This document shows positions 1 through 10,681 of a stretch of 64,000 nt of DNA, one piece after another. This DNA is from Guillardia theta CCMP2712 (taxonomy: Eukaryota > Protista > Cryptophyta), in contig NW_005434582.1 in NCBI RefSeq assembly GCF_000315625.1, positions 152,768-216,767 of the forward strand, read 5' to 3'. Each line of letters begins with the position of its first letter. The first letter of the stretch is position 1. The notes beneath the pieces were generated by a model, which had not been told where the DNA came from, made no database searches, and saw nothing but the letters and a program-made list of their open reading frames with translations. Both the position numbers and the translations under genes were made by a program.

Positions 1-333
1 TCGGCCGCAATCCAGGGTGGTCTGTCGGTGTAATCAGGAACGCCAGGGACAACATGGGGGGGTATGGCAGGGTGCTATCTTGTTCCGATCTTTATTTTCC
101 AATGGGATGGACTTTGTCTGGGGGGGCTCTGAGAGGTTATTCCAGGCTGTGAACGACTGAGAGGAGGAGCAGGAAAGTATCGGGGAGAGAGGACGGGAGG
201 ACGGGAGAGGGCGCGGCGAGAGACAAGTAAGGATCAACAGAAAGACAGCGAGACGAGTTCGGGTTGATAACGCTGATGATGAAAAACACTGTTGAATTCT
301 TACAAAAATTTTCTTCTTCCTCGCTCTCTGTCA

Positions 334-1311
334 TCACCAGTAGAGCGGATAACTTCTGTCCTTGGAAAGATTGTTGAACAAAACGGCGAAGCATATGAGG
401 ATCTGTAAGAGAGCGGAAGCATGGTTACAGGAGGCCATGGAGCAAAACGAGAAGACGATGACAGACGACGAGGGGAGAGGGGAAAATGAGGAGAGGAGGA
501 AGGGGAAAGGGAGGAAGGTGGGAGGGGAAGAGGTAAGTTGGTAGGAGGGGAGGAGGGAAACGAGCGGTGCACGGAGGAGAGGAACGAGAGCGAAACGCCA
601 GGAAAGAGAGGGAGCAAAAAGTATAGTATATGCCATCACCACACAGTCTGATATGATCGGGCAGGCCAAGAACAACCATCCCTGCAGTTGCAGTCAATCC
701 CTTGTCTCCTCCTCCCCGTTCCTCTCATCTCGTCACTCACAACATTCTTCACGTACGGCAGCCCCATGGTGTAGATGCAACTCGCGGAGCACGAGGGAGG
801 ATGTATGATCCCCAGCTGAAGTCCAGCTCAACTCCTTCTCTCCCCCACTTTCTCCTCCCTCCTCCTTGCTCCTGCCTTCCTCCCTCCGTTCCTCTCCTCC
901 TAAACCCTTCCTTCCCGCCTCCGCCTTCCTCCCTGCCTGCTTCCCTCCTTTCCCCTCCTCCTCCCCATCTTCGCACCTTGGCCTGCAGGCCGATGGAAAG
1001 AGCAGGAGCAAGAGCAGCGATGATCCACTGTCGACAGCCGTCAAAGCCCAGCTGCTGCCGGCTTCTGACCCACCTGAGGGACGGCGGTGAGGTAGCTCGG
1101 GTTGCACAGATAGTCCTGGAGGACACGCGTGAGGGACGGGAGGAAGAGGAAGAGGAAGAGGGTACGAGAGAGATAGAGACAGTAACTGCAATGATGTGCC
1201 CGAACAATACGTTTCTTGGCTGAAATAAATTGTCAGTGTGAAACGAAGTGTGAATTGTCTCATAATGATCGCCACCAACACAGCAGATATCATCTCCATC
1301 ATAGTCATCAT

Positions 1312-1381
<70 letters not shown>

Positions 1382-4300
1382 TCCATCATCTCCATCATCG
1401 TCATCTTCATCTTCATCATCATCATCATCATCATCGTCATCATCTCCATCATCATCATCATCTCCATCATCATCATCATCATCCTCATCATCCTCATCAT
1501 CATCCTCATCATCCTCATCCCACTGCAAACAGACCTGTGCTAAGGGTGACACGGGAGCTGCTGCAATCATCGCACAAACTGCGCCCATGGAGTTTATGAG
1601 GAGGAAGACGTAGCCGGTGTGTTGCACCCAGTTTCCTTGGCAATCAAGTCAGGGCAAGATACTGAGGTCGCGGAGGAGAAACAAGGAGGAGGAAGGGGAG
1701 AAGGGGTCGAGGAGGGGGAGGGAGGGGGAAGAGGAGGAGGAGGAGGAGAGGAGATTATTCTGGAGAATATTCTGGATGAGAATGGAGCGAAAAGGCGAAG
1801 TAACGAACGAGCTGCGGATAGAAGCCAGACGTGGGAAGTGGAGGAGGGAGTACAGGAAAGAGAAGGAGGAAGAACAGAGTCCTGTGTGTGTAATTCGTCA
1901 ACTCACCATCAGTGTCTTGCTTGAAATATTCTCCGTAGCTCGTGTTTCCTTTCATCCAATCGCTGACAGACTGTGGCAACGAACAAAGAGAAACGGAAAT
2001 CGGAAGTGGAACAAAACGTCACATATCAGAAATAACAGCAAACATCAGAAGCAAAACAACAAATATCCGGACAAACAGCAGATATGAAGAAAAACAACAG
2101 ATATCATAACATACAGCAGATATGTGAACAAACAGCAAATGTCTCATGGCCATCGTGCTTCGCTTTCGCCTCCGCCGCTCTCACCGTCAGAATGAAGAGA
2201 CTCAAGTAAGTTCCGATGAACGACCACAGGGAATATTGCCAAGTATGAGGACCAGGCGGAGTTGCGTTCTACCATCTCGTCATCACAAACTTTTCTTCAT
2301 CTCCTGCCTATCCTCATGCTGCTGCTGCTGCTCCTTCCCCTCCCCCTCCCCCTACCTCCCCCTCCCCTCCTCCTCATGTCTACTCCTGTTCCTTCACTTC
2401 ACCTGTCCTTTGAACTTTCGGAGATATTTGCGCCAAAAATGCCGAAAACGTTTGCCGAGGGCTTTTGGAGCAGCAGGTGGGAGGTTGGAGTCCTTCTGCG
2501 AACCGATACTGACTTCACACGCAACCTAGCGAGAATGTAAGAGAGGAGACACGAAAATATTCAGAAGAAGAATGAGAGGCGAGACAGAGATTAGGAGGAG
2601 GAAAGGAAGAGAAGGGGGAGACGGGGGAGTGAAGAAGGAAACGATTGGGGGACAAGGGGACGGAGGACAAGAAAGAGTCGGAGGAGGAGACTGGGTGTAG
2701 CTGGAAGGAAATGAGTAACAAGAACAACCTGCATCTGCTCTCGTTGCTGTGTAAGTTGAATCCAAGACAAATTCGCGAGCTGCGAAAAAGCTTTAGGACA
2801 ATCACCATTGAAGGAACGAAACAGAGGATGAGGACGGAGGCGTGGAGGGCGAGGGCAAAGACAATCAGGAAGCGAACGAGCAACCAGGAAGGAGAACGAG
2901 TGGCGAAGAGAAGGAGGGAGGGAAGGAGGAGGAGGACGTAGGTAAGAGTCTAGGAGTGTCTGACCCTCAAGTGATAAGCCCAGTAGAGAGCGCAGGATCC
3001 TTGAGCGAGAATCTCCAAAACTTTGACGCTCTTGGACATCTGAGCGAACCCCTGGAGCACTTGTGTTAAGAGAGAAAGGAAAGGAGCCAAAAGGTGAGCA
3101 GCAGGATATGCCGGAGCTTGTGATAGGGCAGAGCGCAGAAACAGCACTGCACAAGGAGAGAAAGAGCAAAAGAAGGTCGAGGAGGAGGAGGAGGAGGAGG
3201 AGGAGGAGGAGGAGGAGAGCAGGAGGAGGAGGAGGAGGAGGAGGAGCTGGTTCAACCTGCCGGACGTTTGCAGACTGATTGCTATCGAGATGATACAAGA
3301 TCATGACCCCGATGACATGGTTCCAGAGAGGATGCGAGATAGGCACAGCCACACAGAAATCAAACATTCCCTGGAAGACAAACCTAAGATATGGATTCGG
3401 TACAGCAGCGACTTGAAGATCGTGGGAGCAGAGAGGAGGAGGAAGGGCGAGAAGAGGAGAAAGGACAAGAGGAGGAGGAGAAGAAGAAGTAGACAGGAGT
3501 TTCGAGAGGAGGAAGAGGGAGAGGGAGAGGGAGAGGAGGAGGAGAGGAGGAGAGGAGGAGGTGGTGGTGTGCTAGATTTTGACTTGAAGGTAAACGCTGA
3601 TGACAAGGGCGAGATAGGGGATCGAGAGGAGAATCTCGACTTGCTGCTCATCTTCTTACATTTGCAAGGGACAGACGAGCGTCAAACAAAGCTTCTCCGT
3701 CCCCGTCGGGTCTGCTCCCCTGCTCACACCCCACTCACGACGAAACCGCAAGCAGCTTCACGCACACTTACACCATCTCCTTCCCCCAGGTCGTACCAGA
3801 AAGGCTTCTGCTGTCTCCACGCCATGCCCGCGATCCCGCTGATAGCCAAACAAACATCACACGTCATGCCCCTCAAGCCGCACACGTCGCCAACCTCCCC
3901 TCGTCGTAACTGCAGACGTCGTCGCGCGCAACCTCCTCCATTGCCATGATGCGACTGCGAACGTCCTGCGACTTCACCTCATCGCGAGACCTCAATCAGC
4001 TCAACGCACATCGTCGCAGCTCTGCGAGTCCATTGCGATTTGCAGAATCAGATCGTGAAGGTACGACTGCCCGGACCATCGCAACCTGTGCAGATACAAC
4101 TGAGCGTCAGGACTTGTCCGCCGCAGATCGTTCAGCTACTTGTCCGAGAGATTTCTTGTGAGCTCAGCATGCTTGCTGTAAGTCAAGCATCAGTGAGTGG
4201 CCGACAACCTGGTTGCCGGCATCTCACCGGGCTTCGACGCCATGGGACTCTTCCGAGACAAGTCCGAAGGAAACTGTTGAGGATGTAAGAAATGCTATCA

Positions 4301-5060
4301 AACAACATCGAAGGATAGACAGTGCGTCTCTCACCAATACTCGGAAAGTGTGATTTGCTTCCATTCTTTCCATGCAAGTAGCTCAAGCTCCTCTTTGACC
4401 TTGCATCGGAGTTGCGCGGGTTCGATCTAGAGTTGCTGAACTCAGCACCTACCCCCTTCGTCTTTACCATCACGCGTCAGATTTAAGACCTTGAAACAAT
4501 CACAGTGACCGATGTATCTTGCTCTGAGTGATTCGTGGCGTCTGCATAATCGCTTCCGTGCTCGGAAGACGACAAGACCTCCTCTGGCAGCCGCAGCCAG
4601 AGGTCGGCATAGACGAACCCCAAGGTCGTGCAGACATCGTGGAGAAGGCACTGCACGGGATCGTTCTCATTCAGGTTACAATCTGCCGTCTCATCTTGCA
4701 TATGGGAGTCCTGCAAGGTACTCTTTCTGAACAAGGACTAAGTCAGAGGACGGTCAAAGACGTTGGGGAGCTTACTTGTCGACGCTCGGCAAAGGACCAG
4801 AGGACGAGGAGTCTTGTGAGACGCTCGTGTCCTTCCCTCCACTGCTTCTGCCATCTGCTCGTCCATCGTCGCTCTCCATTTGACTCTTACTTCTGCAATC
4901 AGAGAGCACGAGAGTCAAGGCTGGAATCTCCGATACGCGCACACGATCCTTGTTTACCTGATCGTTGACAATTGTTTGACAGCAGCGTCCGACATATTCT
5001 TCTCGACCGTGTGAACCAAATCGCACTGATTCTTCTTTCCAGCAGCAGTGATCAGGTCTG
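334..5060 (-). CDS. Multi-exon gene: N-terminal GAF-like domain fused to a C-terminal HPP-family membrane protein (nitrite-transporter family)
   Basis: Spliced by eye at GT-AG sites, with phases consistent across the GAF-HPP junction. GAF-like exons: LLHDVCTTLGFVYADLWLR; CSYDEGSGIAGMAWRQQKPFWYDL; FDARLSLANGMFDFCVAVPISHPLWNHVIGVMILY. Linker: WRKYLRKFKGQ|NATPPGPHTWQYSLWSFIGTYL. HPP hallmarks: NSMGAVCAMIAAAPVSPLAQ|PRNVLFGHII, ALAPALSI, LGIIHPPSCSA, FNNLSKDRSYPLYW* (stop ends at 334). The 5' end is approximate. Confidence 0.8.
1290..1520. repeat. Imperfect (CAT)n/(ATG)n trinucleotide microsatellite inside an intron of the HPP gene
   Basis: About 230 nt of catcat... with ctc/cgt interruptions. 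It lies between exons ...SPLAQ|gt and ag|PRNV. Confidence 0.95.
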
Positions 5061-6240
5061 CTTCATTCGACAACAATCTTCAACATAAAAAGTCAGACAG
5101 ACAATCATCTTTTCGGCCATTCTTTCCCAATATACAGCTTCGTCTCTACACCTGCGCATGAAGTTGCTTGCTCTGTACCAATCCTTCCTACTTGTGGTTC
5201 ATTTGCTTTGATTCAAACGTTCCAATTTGTCATCTCAGCATACACAATCGGTATCCCTGCTCCAGTACGAGAGCTCATGAAGCAACATCGGATTGCAAGC
5301 TCAAGCGCTACTGCCTCGTCCTACTTTTTCCATTCCATCGCTTCCCATTGTTCCCCATAAAACCTCACAGGGCGCTTCTTTTCCCCACAATCACCATATC
5401 CCTCCGACCCGTATGACCCCCACCCTGTGGTCTCCTGACCGACCCTTGATGTACACCCTATAATTTGTGAGAGATCTGGGTATACTTGAGGGGGTAGGGA
5501 CCTATGACTACCCTCAGTCAAAAATATCAGTCATATTCCCCGGTTTGATAAATGCCACCTCTACCTACTACGAATTATCACCCTACCCCCTAAAATTCAG
5601 TTTTTCATGGATAATGACCGGGTACTTTTGGACCACCCGAATCCCCAAACTTTTCACACTTCACCCCTACTACGGATTCTTATGATTTTTTTTTAAACCT
5701 CCGTCCTTGCCAATTTGTACCAATAATTTTACTTATCAGAATCAAGTGATCGCTACGACACCCGGAGGGGCTCGGGCACTCCGTGACGGGCCGCCGGACG
5801 GGCCGCCGGGGGCCGGGCCCGGATTACTCGTCTCTAGTAGGTTAGCCGTCTAAATTGGGGTGTTAGTCATCTTTTTTTTCACCGGTCCTTGTACCCTACC
5901 CTACCCATCTTCCCGGTCCTCCGCCCCGACCCTGATAAGTTGAGCTCCCTAGCTAGTACCCCCTCAGAGAAGCTCTTGCCCACCCTATGACTCGTAGTTT
6001 TTTAACTTCCTGACGCAATCGAGTGACCCCCCCGGTATTTTGTGTGTGCCGCATAACAAGATCGGTGACCCCACCTCCACTGCACTGTACCTCTACCCCC
6101 AATATCTCCAAATATTCAGGGGTTTCAATGGTGATTAAAATGACCCCACCCACACATAATTGACAGTGCCGGCAAGTCCGTACAACTAAAACCCACCATC
6201 CCAGCGACTCTTCCGAGTTGCATCCTCGGCGCTGCTCGCC

Positions 6241-6648
6241 ATGCTACACCACATCCTGATCCCCCACCATCACGCCCTCGCTAACGGAGACCCTCCCGGC
6301 GAGCCTCAGTTCAATGCTGCCGGCTACAACAGCGGCTCCGGTATCTACGCATGGAAGGGTGGAGCATGGGAAGATTGGTCGGGCCAAGCAAACCGCGTCT
6401 ACTGCAAGTCTTGGGACAAATACTTCAGGCAGCAGGGATACGTCAAGCCCGGCGAGCTCTCTCAGTGGGACCCAACCTGCAGAGGCTTTGACGTCAACTA
6501 CAATGAATGGCACAACCTCGACGACAGCGCCTCTCCCTTCAAGTCGAACACCACTCCTGTCGACCCCGGCTCTGTTGATTCCTGGCTGTCCAACGTTGGT
6601 GGAGGAATCTACCGCGGACGTCCTACCACCCTGCGTGGTTTGTATTGA
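6241..6648 (+). CDS. Small intronless Trp/Gly/Asn-rich hypothetical protein (135 aa)
   Basis: Clean ORF with gccATG context and strong C/G-ending codon bias, with AATAAA downstream (6781). No family recognised. Confidence 0.65.
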   Translation: MLHHILIPHHHALANGDPPGEPQFNAAGYNSGSGIYAWKGGAWEDWSGQANRVYCKSWDKYFRQQGYVKPGELSQWDPTCRGFDVNYNEWHNLDDSASPFKSNTTPVDPGSVDSWLSNVGGGIYRGRPTTLRGLY

Positions 6649-7249
6649 ATGGTCAGACCTAGACTCTTTCCTTGGCAGCCTGAGCAGAATGACCCCCCAG
6701 CGGTACAACATGTCTTGCTGGGAAGCGTGCTCAGCCTGGGTGGAGTGTGTGTCAGGATGCGCTTGTATGATGCGTGTTGCAATAAAAAGCGCTCAAAGAC
6801 ACTGATGTGCAACTCGAAACAAAGGATGGGCCTGGACGTACAGGTCGAGAGTTTTGTGCTTGCTGTTGTGCTTAGTCAAGCTAGAATTGAGAATGTGGAT
6901 AAGAGAGGTAAGGAGTTGAAAGGCAGGCTGCCGATTCGCCAGAGAGAAAAGATATAGCCCGCGAAAGGACGTAAACCAGAAAAAAGAGGACGAGCGCAGG
7001 AAGAGGGGTTTGTGGAGTGCACTTTTAGCAGGTCTCCCGGACGACGCTGGTGGTGACGAGCTTCATTCTCAGACTAGGAGGCTGAGGAATGTTGCGATGA
7101 GGAAGAAGGGTCAGGCCCAGAGAAGCAGAAAGGGAATGTAATTCTCATGGAGGACGAAACAAGGCCGAGAAAAGAAGGGAGATCCGAAGACTGATTTAAG
7201 CCTGAACGGACTTGGAACAAGCCTTAAAGTTTCATAGCCGCGTTCCCTT

Positions 7250-7370
7250 CACAGGCTTCAAGAATCAGCCATGGCTGCCGTAATACACCGATAGCTCAGT
7301 GCCGCAAGCCGCCAACCTCCGGTTTGTCGCCTCGTCGTAACTGCAGACATCGCCCCGCCATGCCATGATA
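7250..7370 (-). pseudogene. Decayed duplicate fragment of the GAF exons at about 3800-3950
   Basis: Exact 19-mer cctcgtcgtaactgcagac at 7330-7348 and 3899-3917. Collinear flanks aggcttc, gccatg, gatagc, gccaacctcc and gccatgat are shared. Confidence 0.55.
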
Positions 7371-7805
7371 CCTCCGAGCACCGCGGCCGGCTGGCGGAGT
7401 TTTTTTGTTGGGGGCATGGGTTGGACGGAGGCTCAGCCTGTTCCGCGGCGGCCTTAGCATGGCGGCCATGAGACCGTCACCGGGCATCATAGCCGCTATG
7501 ATCATAGCCGCTACACCGATCTGCTACGGTAGCAGAGCGGTGCAGGGGCATCTCAGAAAACTTCTGGCCCCGGCTTCCCGAAAATTCTTTCTCTAAGGAC
7601 CAGTTCTGAACGATACACACAAACCAGACCACATTGTCCACTCACAGCTGAAAAACAGCACTGTGGAAAGTGGACCCCACCCTTTACTCGACATTGAATT
7701 GAATCGGAAGTCAACTTCACTGTAGTTTATTGCAATTTATTTCTCCACACGAAGAGCGCTTGAATTCACCAACATCACTGCTTCGCTACATGCTATCGAT
7801 ATAGA

Positions 7806-8726
7806 TCATGCTTGCTTCTTCCTGAATGGTGAGGTCACCACACCAAGGATACCCATGGGCACGATCTTCAAACTGGCGATGGTAGCCAGAACGCACCCCA
7901 TACTCATACTCAACACACGGGGAACATTTGCCGGAAAGACCTTCAATATGCAGGTCGTTGCAGTTATCAACAGGTACAAAGGTGTGTAATACAGGGCGAA
8001 GAGAATCTCGAAGATGAGATTGGATCCCTTCTTGGGATTTCCTGACAACCTCCCTCGATAAAATGACAACAGCGTATTGCCGGAAATGCTCCCCCAGTGA
8101 AGGAACCAACACAGTGACTTGATTGCATTGGCCTTGCCCTTTCCCACAGATTTCACAAGCTCCTGATACTCAGCTTCGAAGCATGCTCCTCGTCCGTTGT
8201 ATTCACCAAATTTGCGCGCGAAATTCACCATCTTATCATTGGTTACCTTCTGTAGCTCTTTGCTCGTTTTAGCTTCGTTGATTCTTTTGGTATCATCCTT
8301 TAGACCTGCCATTCTACCAAGCTCGCAATGCAATCCTGTGCAGTAAGGACATGAATTCACGGAATTCACGGCCAACATGATTGCCTCAATGGTCTTCGGA
8401 TCAAGGCGATTTGGACCCGCATATGCATCATAAATTCCAGGGATTGCTTTCATTATATCAATATGGTCTCTGAGGCAGGTACTTGCTGTGAAGGTCTTTC
8501 GATCGAAGGGCGCACCGCCTTTGAGGGAGAGCGGAGCATGATCTTCAATCCTGGCCCTTCTCGCAGCAACGAAGGACTTCTTCGGCGACTCGGTCTCAAT
8601 TAAGAATCTAGAACCAGGAAACTGTGCCGGCGATGAGAATCCATCCAATGCTGAGACAGACACTCCGAGGACGAGGAGGACGAGGACGAGGACGAGGAGG
8701 TGCGAGGGTGAAGCGATGTTGGTCAT
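7806..8726 (-). CDS. AhpD/carboxymuconolactone-decarboxylase-like CxxC protein with signal peptide and two C-terminal hydrophobic helices; intronless
   Basis: EAIMLAVNSVNSCPYCTGLH matches the AhpD core (E...N-x-C-x-Y-C-x-x-x-H). The in-frame ATG at 8726 is followed by a hydrophobic leader LLVLVLVLLVLGVSVSA. The ORF extension to 9026 looks like intergenic sequence. Confidence 0.8.
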   Translation of the reverse strand: MTNIASPSHLLVLVLVLLVLGVSVSALDGFSSPAQFPGSRFLIETESPKKSFVAARRARIEDHAPLSLKGGAPFDRKTFTASTCLRDHIDIMKAIPGIYDAYAGPNRLDPKTIEAIMLAVNSVNSCPYCTGLHCELGRMAGLKDDTKRINEAKTSKELQKVTNDKMVNFARKFGEYNGRGACFEAEYQELVKSVGKGKANAIKSLCWFLHWGSISGNTLLSFYRGRLSGNPKKGSNLIFEILFALYYTPLYLLITATTCILKVFPANVPRVLSMSMGCVLATIASLKIVPMGILGVVTSPFRKKQA

Positions 8727-9071
8727 GGAGCTCTCAAATCGCCGTTTCGGACGCACGTTGCCAACCCCCCACCCCCCCCCATACCACGGAAACCCCCTCC
8801 ACGTGCTCAACCCCACCCCTACCAACTCACCCCTTCTGCCTCTCGTCGGGTAGTACCCATGGTCATAGTAAGGTCTTTTTACACCCTCCACCCCCTCTAA
8901 AGTTTGAGATACTTGAGGGTAGTAGTGCGGCACTTCAATCCAGGCGTCCGAAACCGTCATAACTGGTTCAACGGCGGCATCCGGGGCCGGCCGCGGCGGC
9001 GGGCCCGGGGGATCACTCACTGACAATTCAACCGAGTCCTGACGGTGTGAGGAAACATGCGACCTTCACCT

Positions 9072-9412
9072 TTTTACTCAAAGTTAAGTTAAAAATCAGT
9101 ACGAGGACAATCGAGATCGACTTTTAAAAGACATTTTTATTCTCAAATTATTGATATGTTACAATTTTAAAATGCGAGATCTCCTCCAGGTGTACTGGCT
9201 GGGGGACGGCTCAAACAAAGTTTTAAGACTATTTAATAATATTACAACTAGACTTTCTTGGTAGAATTTTATAGTACGGACATCACTGGGGCAAGTAGAC
9301 TCTACAACAAAACTTCTTATGATAGACCCCACGCTAGCAGCCCCGCCCGGCCGGATGATTGCTCACGAACTCATGACCTTTTACTCAAAGTTAAGTTAAA
9401 AATCAGTACGAG
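9072..9412 (+). repeat. Two identical 34-bp direct repeats (TTTTACTCAAAGTTAAGTTAAAAATCAGTACGAG) flanking an AT-rich spacer
   Basis: Copies at 9072-9105 and 9379-9412. Related copies occur at 27952 (+) and 48667 (-). Confidence 0.9.
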
Positions 9413-10681
9413 ACAGTGTTGGGTTTTATAGTATTTATTCCGATTCGAAGAAGGTATCTCCCACTACATCTGGTCGGATCTATCATTTGTACGGTATACG
9501 AAGGTATAAAACTGAATTCTTTTGGCAGATGGTACATTTCATCTTCATGGTACAAGTACTGCGGGTGTATGTCCTTGAATTTAGGGTGCAGTTTTGCTTT
9601 TTAGATTGTACTTTTTGTACGGATATCCTACAGCTACAACTAAAAAACCCCTGCAGTCGCTACGATGCGACCCCTCGGTTTCGATCACCCTACCCCTACC
9701 TCAGGCTTCCACTGTTTATTTGCACACTCACATTACCCTTCCTATTGAAAAGAACCCCTATCATGTATTTACGATCCTCCTCAAAAGTACCCCTCCTTTC
9801 CACGACCTACCAGCTCTGGACTATTTGCTTGGGATCACCCCTAGTCCAATGCTAGGCCTGTTTATGCGTGCACCTACTCCGATGCAATCTCAACCACAGT
9901 AGCACCCTACCCCTCTTCAAGGGTACAATCCGGTACCCTTACGACCCCCTTGGAATGCGTCCCTACCACCTCTACCTACCAAAGTCCCATGGAATTTCCA
10001 TGTTGAAAGGGTACCTCAAAGTTTTGAGATACCACCCTAGATTGTCCACCACCACCCCTCAAACATACATCTCTACCCTAGTCAGCTGGTAGACCTCTAA
10101 CCTAGGTTCAATTGAATACCCCACCCCAGGTCACCTACCACCCCATCTGTTAGTTTTCCTTCCCGTCCTCCAATTGCTCTGCTGCCCTCCATTTCGCGCA
10201 TCCTCCTTCAAAACTACTATCTCATCCCTCCCTCCGTCTTCCCCTCAAACCCTTCTCCTCCTCCTCCTCTCCTCCTCCTCTCCTCGCTTGCAATCCGTCC
10301 CATCACGTGGCCAAAGGCGGCACACGATTCATTGTGACAAGGCCAGACTCTTGCAGTAGTTCGGAAGTTGCGATTGGATTCTACAGCATACCACATACTT
10401 CAGAACGGGTCAATAATTTTCAAGTGCTTACTTAGATTTGAATCAGAGAAAAACGTACCAAGGGTTACCGTCTTTACTTCATCTTGATACATTCAACGAT
10501 CCTCTTCTGTTTAATCCTACCTTGATTGTTGCAAGCAGCTGGTGCTTCATACAAACTTACCTTGTCCTAGCCTATCGCGAACTTTTTCAGCTACAGTGTA
10601 CATTGAAAGACCATGGGACATGGGCATCGGAACAGGCCATTTGTAATTTTATCGATTTCGACCCCACGCCGCGCTAGCAGC

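Noticed and set aside
733-1627. Poly-Met, poly-Asp, poly-His and poly-Ile ORFs
   Set aside because: These are readings of an intronic (CAT)n microsatellite; the conserved SPLAQ|PRNV motif is split exactly around it.
8727-9026. N-terminal 100 aa of the 406-aa ORF
   Set aside because: Starts at a non-ATG codon in ACCCC/CCGG-type intergenic sequence; the ATG at 8726 directly precedes a signal peptide.
9072-9412. 34-bp direct repeats as a CRISPR array or LTRs
   Set aside because: Two copies about 270 nt apart, no TG..CA ends and no internal coding sequence.
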